A stretch of DNA of 30,541 bases, taken from the IMG/VR virus record IMGVR_UViG_3300031848_000024, positions 1 through 30,541 of that record; one strand, 5' to 3'. The notes below the pieces were generated by a model. The model was not told the DNA's origin. It searched no databases and saw only the letters and a list, made by a program, of their open reading frames with translations. The position numbers and the translations under genes are program-made. Positions 1 to 9,700 of this stretch are shown here, piece by piece. This DNA is from a virus. Lineage: Duplodnaviria; Caudoviricetes. Positions within the stretch are counted from its first letter, which is position 1. Each line of letters begins with the position of its first letter.

Positions 1-153
1 ATCCAGCGCAATGCGGTGGCGCTCCGACTCCTGCGCTGCGTGCGTGGCATTGAGCTTGGCCACGGCCGCATCCATCTGCGCGCCCTGGTAGAACCAGGCA
101 GCAGCAGCGGCCACCGCCGCGGCGATCAGGTGGGTGATGACGGTCAGGTTCAT
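1..153 (-). CDS. Rz-like i-spanin, 5' part (runs off window edge)
   Basis: ATG at 153 overlaps the endolysin TGA (ATGA). It translates as MNLTVITHLIAAAVAAAAAWFYQGAQMDAAVAKLNATHAAQESERHRIALD...: an N-terminal TM followed by an Ala-rich helix, directly after holin-endolysin. Not in the ORF track. Confidence 0.8.
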   Translation of the reverse strand, partial: MNLTVITHLIAAAVAAAAAWFYQGAQMDAAVAKLNATHAAQESERHRIALD

Positions 154-719
154 AGGCCAGCTCCGCACTTCGCGGTTTCATCGGACCGGCGGTTGGCCAG
201 GCCCTGAACGAAGCTGAAAACCTTCTTGCCGGTGTTGGGGTCGATGTGACTGGTGAAGCTCCACACCAGGGTGCCGTCATCGCCTCGGCTGATACGCTGG
301 CAACCACGCTCCCATTCGCCACGATTCCAGGCGGCCATGGCCCCGCTGCCGCAGGTGGCGCTGGCACCGAGGTTCCAGGCATGGCTGCTGGCCATGTCGA
401 GCACACTGGGCGGCGGCAGGCGTTTGAAACACGGCAGCACCGCGCGCTGCACCCGCTCCAGGGCGTTGGATTCCTCCACCACGCACTTTTCTTCGGTCCA
501 GCGCTCACCTACGACGATGGGGGTGCGGGTCACATGGCGCGTGAGCCCGTTGCAAACCGTGGGGATGTTGCCGGCAAGCTTGTCCTCATAGACAACCAGC
601 ACGCGATCCTTGCCGCTTTCCCACTTTTGCAGGTGTTCGATCAGCTGCGGCGACAGCAGGGTGACGAAGCCGCCGAGGGCGGCCACCCATATCACCTTGG
701 GCTGGATCTTGGCGCTCAC
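150..719 (-). CDS. Phage lysozyme (GH24), probable SAR endolysin
   Basis: N-terminal weakly hydrophobic Gly/Ala segment (VIWVAALGGFVTLL), catalytic-like E...D...T (WESG...YEDKLAGNIPTVCNG), 'WNLG' and C-terminal 'GLANRRSDE' motifs. The GTG start overlaps the holin stop. Confidence 0.92.
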   Translation of the reverse strand: MSAKIQPKVIWVAALGGFVTLLSPQLIEHLQKWESGKDRVLVVYEDKLAGNIPTVCNGLTRHVTRTPIVVGERWTEEKCVVEESNALERVQRAVLPCFKRLPPPSVLDMASSHAWNLGASATCGSGAMAAWNRGEWERGCQRISRGDDGTLVWSFTSHIDPNTGKKVFSFVQGLANRRSDETAKCGAGL

Positions 720-1039
720 TCGTCGGCCCCCAGCTCGCCCAGGTCGGTGTCGCGGTGGAATACAGGAACGCCACTTGTACGCATCAGCTGCATGCGCATG
801 TCGCGCTCTGCCTCTCTCCTCTGGTGTTCCGCTTCGCGGCGCCGGTCATCTGCCGCCTGACGCTTGTTTGCTTCGCGCTTATAGAACCAGGTGATGAGCA
901 GGCCTATGATGGCCACTGCTGCACCGATATAGGCGGCAATGTCGGTGGCCGACAACTTCCCAGCGATAGCAACAGACCCCCCAAATATCGTGGCCTTGTT
1001 CCCAGCTGCGCCGATGGCTTCGAGGGTTTCTGTTTTCAT
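716..1039 (-). CDS. Holin
   Basis: 107 aa with hydrophobic segments (IAAYIGAAVAIIGLLITWFY) followed by a highly charged C-tail; immediately upstream of the endolysin. Confidence 0.85.
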   Translation of the reverse strand: MKTETLEAIGAAGNKATIFGGSVAIAGKLSATDIAAYIGAAVAIIGLLITWFYKREANKRQAADDRRREAEHQRREAERDMRMQLMRTSGVPVFHRDTDLGELGADE

Positions 1040-1047
1040 GAACCCGG

Positions 1048-1091
1048 AGTGTTCCGGGCATGCGCCTGCGGGTCGAACCCTACTGGGGGGG
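1048..1091 (-). promoter_or_regulatory. Putative late promoter copy 1 (lysis cassette)
   Basis: Minus strand CCCCCCAGTAGGGTT-N20-GGAACACT-N8-ATG(1039); same architecture at 4-5 other sites. Confidence 0.75.
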
Positions 1092-1110
1092 AATGATTTC
1101 AGCGCTCTGG

Positions 1111-2115
1111 CTATGCGGATACGAGAAGCGTCCGATCCTCTGCAGCCACGCCCGCCACGCGGACCTCGCGCGCTACCGACAACAGGCGGGTTTCAGCAGC
1201 AACGCGAAGCGTTCTGTCTTCAATTGACACCACCAGCGTGCGGCTTGGGTCAAGAGGCGGCGCGGATTCGATGGCCGCGAACACGTCATGGCCAGCCTCG
1301 AAAACCGCCAGCACGCCGCCTGCGGCAATCTGCCCAGCGATGGCTGCAGTGTCTTCCCCAGCCTCGATGGCGGCCAGCAACGCACTGACCAGGGCCGCAC
1401 CGCTCGCGGCCATGCTGTCGGCGCCGGTCTCCACTGCAGCAAGCGTACCCGCCGACTTGGGCAAACCGCCATGCCCGGCCACGCTGTCGCTTCCACTCTC
1501 GATGGCAGCCATGGCGCCAGCGATCAGTGCGCGGACTGAAATGGATGCGGCATCGGTGCTGGGCTCCATAGCCGCCATCGACCCCGCCAATTTGGAAGGC
1601 CCGCCAGTCGCGCTCAGGGTGTCGGCGCCAGCTTCGGAGGCCGTCAGGCTCCCCACCGCTCGCGGTGCGGTGCCAGTTGCCGCCAGAACATCGGCGCTTG
1701 ATTCGACGGCTACGAGTGCCCCCTGACGGTCAGCTGCGCTCGAACCCGTCGCCGCCAACACGTCCGTCCCAGGTTCGACAGCAGCCAGGGTGCCTTGGCG
1801 CCGCGCGCTCCCTGTGGCAGCCATGGCGTCCTGCCCCGTCTCAGTTGCAGCGAGCAGGCCCCCCGCGCGAACCGCCCCAGAAATACTTGCTGAATCAGCC
1901 CCTGAGCTGGTGGTGGCAAGAGCGCCCTGCACCCGGGCGCCCCCCGACGCGGCAAACCCATCTACCCCTGACTCGGTAGCAGCCAGCGACCCGGCAGGTG
2001 TCCCTGCGTCCACGAACCATGTAGCGTTTGCGGCATTCCCCGCAGGCGGCGTGTATGCCGCAACGCCGACCCACGACACATTGGCGGCGTTACCTGCTGG
2101 CGGGGTGTAGCTCAT
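1111..2115 (-). CDS. Ala/Gly-rich repeat protein, probable fibre/appendage shaft
   Basis: About 11 tandem ~22-24 aa repeats G(S/T/A)LAA(T/V)ExGxDxxAxxG, a duplicated N-terminal YTPPAGNAAN, and C-terminal ~9-aa R(T/L)LxVxxE repeats; lies in the fibre cassette. Confidence 0.75.
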   Translation of the reverse strand: MSYTPPAGNAANVSWVGVAAYTPPAGNAANATWFVDAGTPAGSLAATESGVDGFAASGGARVQGALATTSSGADSASISGAVRAGGLLAATETGQDAMAATGSARRQGTLAAVEPGTDVLAATGSSAADRQGALVAVESSADVLAATGTAPRAVGSLTASEAGADTLSATGGPSKLAGSMAAMEPSTDAASISVRALIAGAMAAIESGSDSVAGHGGLPKSAGTLAAVETGADSMAASGAALVSALLAAIEAGEDTAAIAGQIAAGGVLAVFEAGHDVFAAIESAPPLDPSRTLVVSIEDRTLRVAAETRLLSVAREVRVAGVAAEDRTLLVSA

Positions 2116-3011
2116 ACCGGCACCACTCCACGCCGCACCAGGGCGGGCAGACTCTCGCCGCCTGCCGGGTAGAACACGAGCGTGTGGGCGCCGTCATGCC
2201 CCAAGTCCAGTGCGTAGGCTCCTGTCGTGCCGTCGCTAGTGGTTGAAGCGGACAGCGCGCCAGTGTCCTCACGGTACGCACGAACAAGCCGCGCGGCGGG
2301 CGCCCCGCTAGCATCAGCGACAGACCCGGAGATCCTTACAAGCGCTTCAAAGGGTCCGGTCGGTGGCGTGAAATCTGCCGTGTACCGGGCGACCCCCTTT
2401 GTCACGCGCAAGTCGTCGAGGTAGCCATTGAACCGGTAGGCCTCGCCGGGGGAGGTTCCCCGCGCACCGATGCGCAGTTGTCCGGCAACAGAGACGTTCG
2501 TCGAGTTCGTGGAACTGCCGATCTGCACCCCGTCTTTGAATGCACGCAGCGTTGTCACCTCACGCGCGATGGCCCAGTGGTGCCATGCGGAGTCGTTGGG
2601 GTTCAGTGAGATGGAGGGCAGCATGAATCCACCCATGCCGTACATCAGCAGCCCACGGGTGGACGATAGCTCCACCATGAAGCCATTGTTCTCGATGCTG
2701 TCCGATGAAGTGTGGATTACTCGGTCATACCCATCGCTGCCGTTCGCTGACTTCCACGCCCAAAATTCAATGGTGAAGTCGCCAGTGCCGAAAACGAACG
2801 ATGAGTCTGGTGTAGCAGTGATGGCTGCGTTTGTCCCATTAAGGTAGAGGGATGCGCCACCCCACTTACTTTGGGCGGTGCTGATAGCGGCGCTACCCAC
2901 AGCGGCGTAGGTTTTGGGCGTTGGTCCGCTGTCGGTGAAGCCCGTGCTGCCACTCGCCCCGTCGAAGTGAAGCAACGTGGAGACGTTGGGGAAATTGCTA
3001 TCCACTGCCAC
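2112..3011 (-). CDS. LamG/concanavalin-like domain virion protein (putative receptor-binding/fibre tip)
   Basis: LLHFDG...GDFTIEFW...WHHWAI...FNGYLDDLRVTKGVARYTADFTPP is the phage LamG-like signature, followed by a small C-terminal beta domain (ISGSVADASGAPAARLVRAY). Confidence 0.85.
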   Translation of the reverse strand: MAVDSNFPNVSTLLHFDGASGSTGFTDSGPTPKTYAAVGSAAISTAQSKWGGASLYLNGTNAAITATPDSSFVFGTGDFTIEFWAWKSANGSDGYDRVIHTSSDSIENNGFMVELSSTRGLLMYGMGGFMLPSISLNPNDSAWHHWAIAREVTTLRAFKDGVQIGSSTNSTNVSVAGQLRIGARGTSPGEAYRFNGYLDDLRVTKGVARYTADFTPPTGPFEALVRISGSVADASGAPAARLVRAYREDTGALSASTTSDGTTGAYALDLGHDGAHTLVFYPAGGESLPALVRRGVVPV

Positions 3012-3020
3012 GGCGCACCC

Positions 3021-3401
3021 TTACGCGTGCGTGATAGTTGCGGAGTTGATCGTGATGGCCTGACCGCTGGCCAGCACGTTGTTGTCTAGCACCAGGTCGG
3101 TGCCAGAGGTGCCCACGGTCAGGCCGGTAATCACATCGACATCGCCCGAAGTCGTGATGCTGGCCTTCGTGGCCGCGCCCGCAGCGGATGCGGTGGTGCT
3201 CAGGATGCCGTCCGCGCCACCGTTGGCGTCAGAAAGCGTCAGCACAGCGCCCGACACGGTGCCCGCTGTCGATGCCAGGGTGAACGTGGCCAGCAGCGCA
3301 TCGGCGGCGCTGAACAGCTTGAGCTTGCCAGAGGCGCCGATGGTGGAAACTACGGCGTTCATGCGGTCCGTCTTGGCGGCGGTGGAATAGATGACAGACA
3401 T
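3021..3401 (-). CDS. Small beta-rich virion structural (fibre-associated) protein
   Basis: SD AGGA upstream; Ala/Ser/Thr/Gly-rich; C-terminus resembles 26763..27215. Confidence 0.75.
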   Translation of the reverse strand: MSVIYSTAAKTDRMNAVVSTIGASGKLKLFSAADALLATFTLASTAGTVSGAVLTLSDANGGADGILSTTASAAGAATKASITTSGDVDVITGLTVGTSGTDLVLDNNVLASGQAITINSATITHA

Positions 3402-3410
3402 GGCCGGTCC

Positions 3411-3683
3411 TCAACGTTGGGTGATGGAGAAATTGATGGTCCGGTCGTCAATGCGGCCGGCAGCGGTGGTGATGCGGCAGGTCACGAACTCGTCGGCGTC
3501 CACAACGCCACCAGACACAAAGGCGGTGGCGGTAGCGCTGGTGTTCGAGAAGGACTCAACCGTGATGCCCGCGCTGGGCACCCACTCAACGGAAACGATC
3601 ACATCCGCCAAAGGGGCGAGCCAGTCCGACCAATCGACCGTGTAGTCGAGGGTTGCGTCGGGGTCTTTCTTGATTGCTGCCAT
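3411..3683 (-). CDS. Phage fibre-tail adaptor-like protein (start corrected to 3683)
   Basis: MAAIKKDPDATLDYTVDWSDWL...VSGG...CRITTAAGRIDDRTI motif. The longer 3968 start overlaps the giant gene, while ATG 3683 follows the late-promoter motif. Confidence 0.8.
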   Translation of the reverse strand: MAAIKKDPDATLDYTVDWSDWLAPLADVIVSVEWVPSAGITVESFSNTSATATAFVSGGVVDADEFVTCRITTAAGRIDDRTINFSITQR

Positions 3684-3690
3684 GCCCTGC

Positions 3691-3733
3691 AGTTTTCCGG
3701 CTGCAGGGTGAGGCGTAAAACCAGACTGGGGGG
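3691..3733 (-). promoter_or_regulatory. Putative late promoter copy 2 (fibre cassette)
   Basis: CCCCCCAGTCTGGTT-N20-GGAAAACT-N7-ATG(3683); the box begins immediately after the giant-gene stop codon. Confidence 0.75.
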
Positions 3734-6700
3734 CTACAAAGTGGCCCGCGCCTTCGCTGCTTCTTCCCGCAGCTGCTGGCGCATCGCCTTGGGCGCAGTG
3801 TCGGCAATCCGCTGATCCTTGGTCTTGCCCATTTCGCGCACGCGCTTGAGCACGGCAGGCATGCTCACCACGATGCGCTGATCTGGGTTCTTCCGATTCC
3901 AGTCCTCCAGGTCCGCACGAGCCTCCGCCACCAGCGCAGTGTCCTTCTCGAAAATCCCCTTGGCCCACTTGGCCCGGATTTCCTGCGCCTGCTGGTTGTA
4001 GAAGTTCTTGGCCTGCTGGTTGATGAAATTGGCCTCTTGCACCTTGGACACGCTGGCCGGTTGGAAGCCGATGGCCTTCATTGCCGCCTCGGCTGGGCTG
4101 GTGTCCAGCACCTTGTAGCCCTTGTCGTCGCGGTACATGCCGGTGGCGGCCATGTCGGCGCCCTTGGCTGCGTTGCGCACGGCGGCAGGCGCCATCTGCA
4201 GAAGCCCGGCGCCCACATCGCCCGCCAGGATGGAGCGCGCGCCCGATGCCACCCGCTTGGCCAGGTCGCCCACTGGGCCTACCACCTCCAGCACGTCGCG
4301 GGTGTAGTCGGTCTTTTCCTTAAACAGGCCGGTGGCCGGCAGCAGGTTGCCCATGCCCAGGCGCCCGGACACATCCAGAGGCATACCTGGCAGGCCGGTG
4401 ATACCTCGCTCAATGAACCCGGCGCCAGCCTCTCCGAACAGGCTTTCGAGCAATTCCTGCTTGGCCTTCTTGCTATTAAAGTTGTAGCCTGCCAGCTGCG
4501 CCAGCCCGTCCACCAGATCCTCGGCGTCCTCGGCAAACGGCAGGCCGCCAGCACCACCCATCAGCATGAGCATGCCCAGCGCCAGGAGCACGGCCTTTTT
4601 GCCCTCGGGGCCGCCCTGCGTCCACATGCGTCCCAGCAACTCCAGGTAGGCAATGGAATAGGTCTTGAAGGTCATCGCGGTGGCGCCCACGGCGCCCCGG
4701 CCCCACTTCATCTTGTTCGCCTTGCTGTAGGTGAACTGGGTTTCAATCACGGCCTTCTTGGCAAAGGCTGCCGGGTTGGCCATGCCTTGCGCCTTGGCCA
4801 CGCGGTACGCGGCAATGAAGGTCATGCGGCGGTTCACCTGCTCGGCCGCGCCGAACACCTTGCCCCAGGCCAGAGACAGGCGGGTGAGCGCGTTACCCGC
4901 TGCGGCGCGCGCATCCCCGGCGCGCGTGCCATCGCCAGGGCGCAACGAGCCGGACCCACGGGCCTGCGCCATGAGCTGGTGCACCTCCTGCGGGCTCACG
5001 GTGCCTTCTTCCTCGGCCTGCTTGAGCGCGGCGGCCAGATCGGCCTCGTAGCGATGGCCACGGTTGGCCAAGTTCTTGGCCGCGCGGCCTAGCTCGGCGG
5101 CGGCCTGCTTGGCCCCACCAAACTGTGACAGCCACGGGAAGGTGACGGCCGCCGGCTGGCTCATGTTCACGAAAGCCGAAGCAATCGAGCCGCCCAGATA
5201 CTGGGCGAACAGCAGCCCACGGATGGCCTGCGCTTCCTCCTGCGGGTTCTTCACATACTCCGAAAGCTGGATAGCGGCGTCTTTCAGCTCGCCCTGCTGC
5301 TTGGGAATCGCGGTGATCGCCTCACCCAGCTCGCCCATGTGCAGACCAGCCGAAGTCTGGCGGGAGTTGCTGTAGATGAAGCTGGCCAGCACGCGGCCCA
5401 CGTCCTCGCTGTAGCCAGCGATGCCCTGGCGGTGGATCAGGCGGCGCATGGCGCTGCGGTTGGTCTTGGTGCGGCGCAGGTACTCTTGGAAAGCCTGGTC
5501 CTTGGCCTGGTCGCCATCGGACTCCAGGCCCAGCATGTTGCCGAACAGCTCCAGCGACTCGGGCGTGATGCCGGCCAGCAGCTTGAACTCGTCGTTCGAC
5601 AGCGTGCCCTGCGTCACAGCGTCCTGCCCAAACTCCTTGCGCATCTTGATGGCCATCACATTGGCCTCGCGGGCAGTCTCGAACAGGCCGAAGTATTGGC
5701 GCTCGCCGTTGGCATCCACCACGTCCACGGTGTATTGGCCGAAGCGCGACAGCGGTGCATAGCCCTGCTCCTGCAGTTCTTGCACGCGGGCGGCTCGGTC
5801 CAGCATCCCATTCGACAGCTGGCTGATTTCACCGGCGCGGTCAGGGTTCTCCTTGGCCAGCATCTGCAGGTGGTCGCGCAGGATCTGAGCTGCATCCTGG
5901 GCGTCCTTGGCGTCCATCACCATGTCGCGCAGCTCGGCCACGTCCTTGCCGCCATAGCGCAGCATGTCAGCGCGGGCCATGGTGTCCAGGCTGCGGTCGG
6001 TCGCTGCGCGGAATTCCTGGTACAGCTCCACCTGGGCGTCGGTCAGTTTGAACAGAGATTTCAGTTCGGCCGGGGTCCACACCACGCCTGCCTTGAGCAT
6101 CTGCGACTCGTATCGGCTGGCCACCAGCTTTTCATACTGTTCCAGGGGCAGGCCCTGCCAGGCTTTCAGCATGCCCTCGCTGATCTTGTTGTTGCGCAGC
6201 AGGCGCTGGGCCTTCTGCTGTGGCGTCAGCTTTTCGGCCGCGTCAAGCAGGGTCTGCAGGCGTACAGGCTTGCCCGATTCGTCGCGCGCCCAGTCCAGGG
6301 TGCCCTCGAACACAGGCTTGGCCACGGCCGCGTTGTCGGCAGCGGTGATGGGGCGCTTGGCAATGTCGCGCCAGGTTTCCAACTTGGGAAGCAGGCGGGG
6401 GGCCAGCTCGGCCGCATCGGTGGCGTAGTAACTCACGTCATCCACGAACCCCTGGGCAGAATCGAACACCCGCTTGAAGGCGGGAGAGCGCTCGGCCAGG
6501 TTGAACATGGTGCCCACGGTCTTGTGCCACCACGACAGCTTACCCGGGGCGCCGAACGTCTTGTTCAGCTCGTCGCGTGCCTTGCCGGTGAGGTCGGCCA
6601 TGCCGGAACGGCTGAAATTGATCCGCCCGTCGTCGGGGTCAAAGTTGCCGTTGTTGCCGATGGCAGATTTAACCTGGCCCGGATCAAAGACCACTATTTC

Positions 6701-9700
6701 CTTTCCGGTCTTGTGGTTGATGATGATGCCGTCGTAGCCCATAGCGCGCAGGCGCTGCTGCACATAGTCTGTATCCATTTCGGCGCCAGGCTCATCCATG
6801 ACGCGCGAAACAACCTCACGGCCAGCGGGATTCTGAATATTCAGGAAAACCGGCATGACATTTCCACCGTCGCCCTGAGCGTATGCGCTCGCTGCGGCTG
6901 GCTGGTCTGTGAAGTAGAAGCCCTGGCCCCAGTCCATGCCTCCATTGCCATCCCCAATGAAATCAGAGTCGAATGCTTGCACATCGCTGGCGGTGCCATG
7001 GAATACGCGCAGCGGATTCCCGCTGACATCCACCACCTTGCTGCCACCGAACCAGCGCTTGAACGCCTCTGTTTTGGTGTTTTCGACAGCACCGCTGCGG
7101 TCGAATGCAAGCAGCGCCCGCTGCAACGACTGCTGCGGGGTTTCATCGGAGCGCGTCACATAGCCCCGGGCGGGCAGGATGTAGCTGCGCACGATCTCAT
7201 CATCCGTCAATGCCAGCGCCTTGAACCCCGGCACGTTTGCGCGCAGCCAGGTGCGGATGGCAGCAATGGCCCGCTGCACAAACCCAATCTCGGGTGTGGT
7301 CTGCGCCATTTCGGCCAGCACTTCCTCGGCGGCGGAAAGCCGGTCACGCGCGCTCATGGCGGCCCAGGTGTCGCTGTCGCTCAGGCCCTTCTGCACCATG
7401 CCGTATTCCCGGGCCTTGGCCAGCACCTGCGCGCGGCGCATTGTGCCGATCTGCTGCAGCACCGGCGTCAGGCCATCCCCGAAGGCGCCGCGCAGGCCGT
7501 AGTGGCCCAGCACCTCGTGGAAAAGTACCTCGGCAATCTGGGCGGGGCCGTTGAGCTGGTCGGCCAGCAGGTACACCTTGCCCTTGTAGATGAAGCCGCG
7601 GGCCTCCCCATCGCTGCCCTGGCTCTTGAGCTGGGCGTCGTAGTCGCGCACCAGCTGCGGGATCTGCATATCCTGCATGTTGCGGGCCACGATGATCTCG
7701 GGCGAGCGTGTCCACTTTGCCTTGATCTCGTCCACCAGCATCTGGGTGGCCACCAGGCGGGCATTGCTCAGTTTCGAGGGCTCTTGGGCCTGGCCTTGGA
7801 ATGCAGCGGGCGTGTTCGCGCGGCGGTAGCCGTTGTACTGTTTGTCAGTTAAAATTCGATTGCGCCCACGATCTCCGGGCAAGCCAGTCAATTGCGGCTG
7901 GAACGTCCCGGAGACGTGGGCGTACTTGTTTCTGTCCACGTAGCGCAGCAGCCCGTCGCTCTCCCACCGGCGAAATGCATTGCTCTGTGCATCGTAGGCA
8001 TTCACCAGCAGATGGGCATTTACTCCGCCTGCGGCATTCGGCTCCACAACAATGCGCACAGGACTGCCGTTCACAAGCTCTGGAGCAATGAACACCAGTC
8101 GGCCCGGCGAGGTGTCAGACTCAAACACCAATGCTGGGTTCTCCAGCCACTCAGGAATCTGCTTCCAGACGGCGGCCGTCATGTGCGGATGGTTGCTCTG
8201 CCCTGCGATCACCTTGCTTTCTGCGAGATTGACCGGCCCATCACCCAGACCGAGGAAGGTCAGCATGTCGGAGCGGTCCAGCACCCTAGCGCCTTTCATG
8301 CGGGGCTTGTCTCCAGAGAACAGCGCGTCGATGCGCGCGTCGTAGGCAGACTGGGTTTCTGGCGTGCGGCTGAACATGGCCACGCCCTTGTCAGTTTCCT
8401 TGGTCTGGATAGTGGCGGCCAGTTTGTCGAATGCCGCATTGATGCGGGCGCGCTCTTCACCGGTCGGATATGGATTGCCTTTGTAGGCTCCGCCCGCGAA
8501 GCGGTCTTCCTCCACGCCGTGCACCAAATAGTCTGAGCGTGCGCCCATCGCGGTCACACGGTCGAACACCCAGCTCTCAAATGCGCGGGCGAACATTTCC
8601 GTGGGCCGCACCCAGTACCCATCTGTCGATTTGCCAGACAGCGCCTGCGCTTGGTTGGCGAACTCAGAGCGGCCCCGCCCTGCATACATCGTCCCCTCCG
8701 GGTCGTTGCGCAGTTCGTTCAATGCCTGGCGCTTGTTCTGCACCATGTTCTGGTACATGGCTTTCAAACCGGCATCCTGCTCGTTACGCGCCAGCGCCTC
8801 GGTGCGCTCCAGATCCAGCTCATGGCTGCGCACCATTTCCGCTTTGGTGACCTGCTTCTGGAACAGCGCCTGCATCACCTCATCGAAGGCCCGCGCCATT
8901 TCGGGGCGCAGGTTGTCCAGGCGCATCTTCTCCACGCTCTTCCACTCGTTGCCAACGCGCTCCATGCGAGTGCGGGGAACACCCTTGTACTGGTCCTCCG
9001 TGTACCAGCCCGACGCGCCGCGCGCCTGCGTGGTGTAGGCGTCATCCTTGTCCAGCTCGCCAAAGTAGTGATCCATGGCATGGGCCCACTCATGGGCCAT
9101 GGAGCCACCGCCCCGGATCTTGGTCATGTTGATGACCAGTTTCCCGGGCTCGTAGTGCGCAGCAAACCGGCCGCCGCCACGGGCGCCGAAGGCCATGCCC
9201 AATGTGCCATTCAGGCTCATGGCCTTGGGGGGAACCCCCATGATCTCGGCAAGGTCCATCAGACCGTCGTAGGCCATGTTCAGGATGCGCTGGCGTTCGT
9301 CCTGTGCGGACCAGTTGCCGAACTCGATGCCTCGGAAGCCCAGGTCACGCACAAAGTCGTCAGCAGTCACATCGCGGTCGATGCGTTTGGGCAAGTTCTC
9401 CCGCTTGAGTTCATCCAGGTTCGGGCGCACCGGCTCCGGCTTGCCATCCTTCTTGCCTTTCATGTCCCTCTCGTACACCGTGGCAGCCGCGGCCTCGGCA
9501 TCGGCCTTGGTGGGGGCGAAGGCAACCGTCTTGTTGTCCTTGGTGTTCACGCGGTAGAACCCATCCAGGATCTGGTCGCGGGTCAGCGGCGTGCCTACCT
9601 CCGCAGCGCGCTCCATGTAGATCTCGATACCGCGCTCGGTGGTGCCCCGCCCGCCTTCGGCCCTACTGACCACAAGACGCGTTTTCCACGGGTCAGCCTT

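Noticed and set aside
1085-1091. G6-G7 homopolymers as phase-variation tracts or G-quadruplex
   Set aside because: The runs are short, are constant parts of the promoter box, and have no four clustered G-tracts.
1290-1995. Tandem repeats as a CRISPR array or DGR variable region
   Set aside because: The repeats are degenerate and conserved only at the protein level; there are no spacers, cas genes, reverse transcriptase or TR/VR pair.
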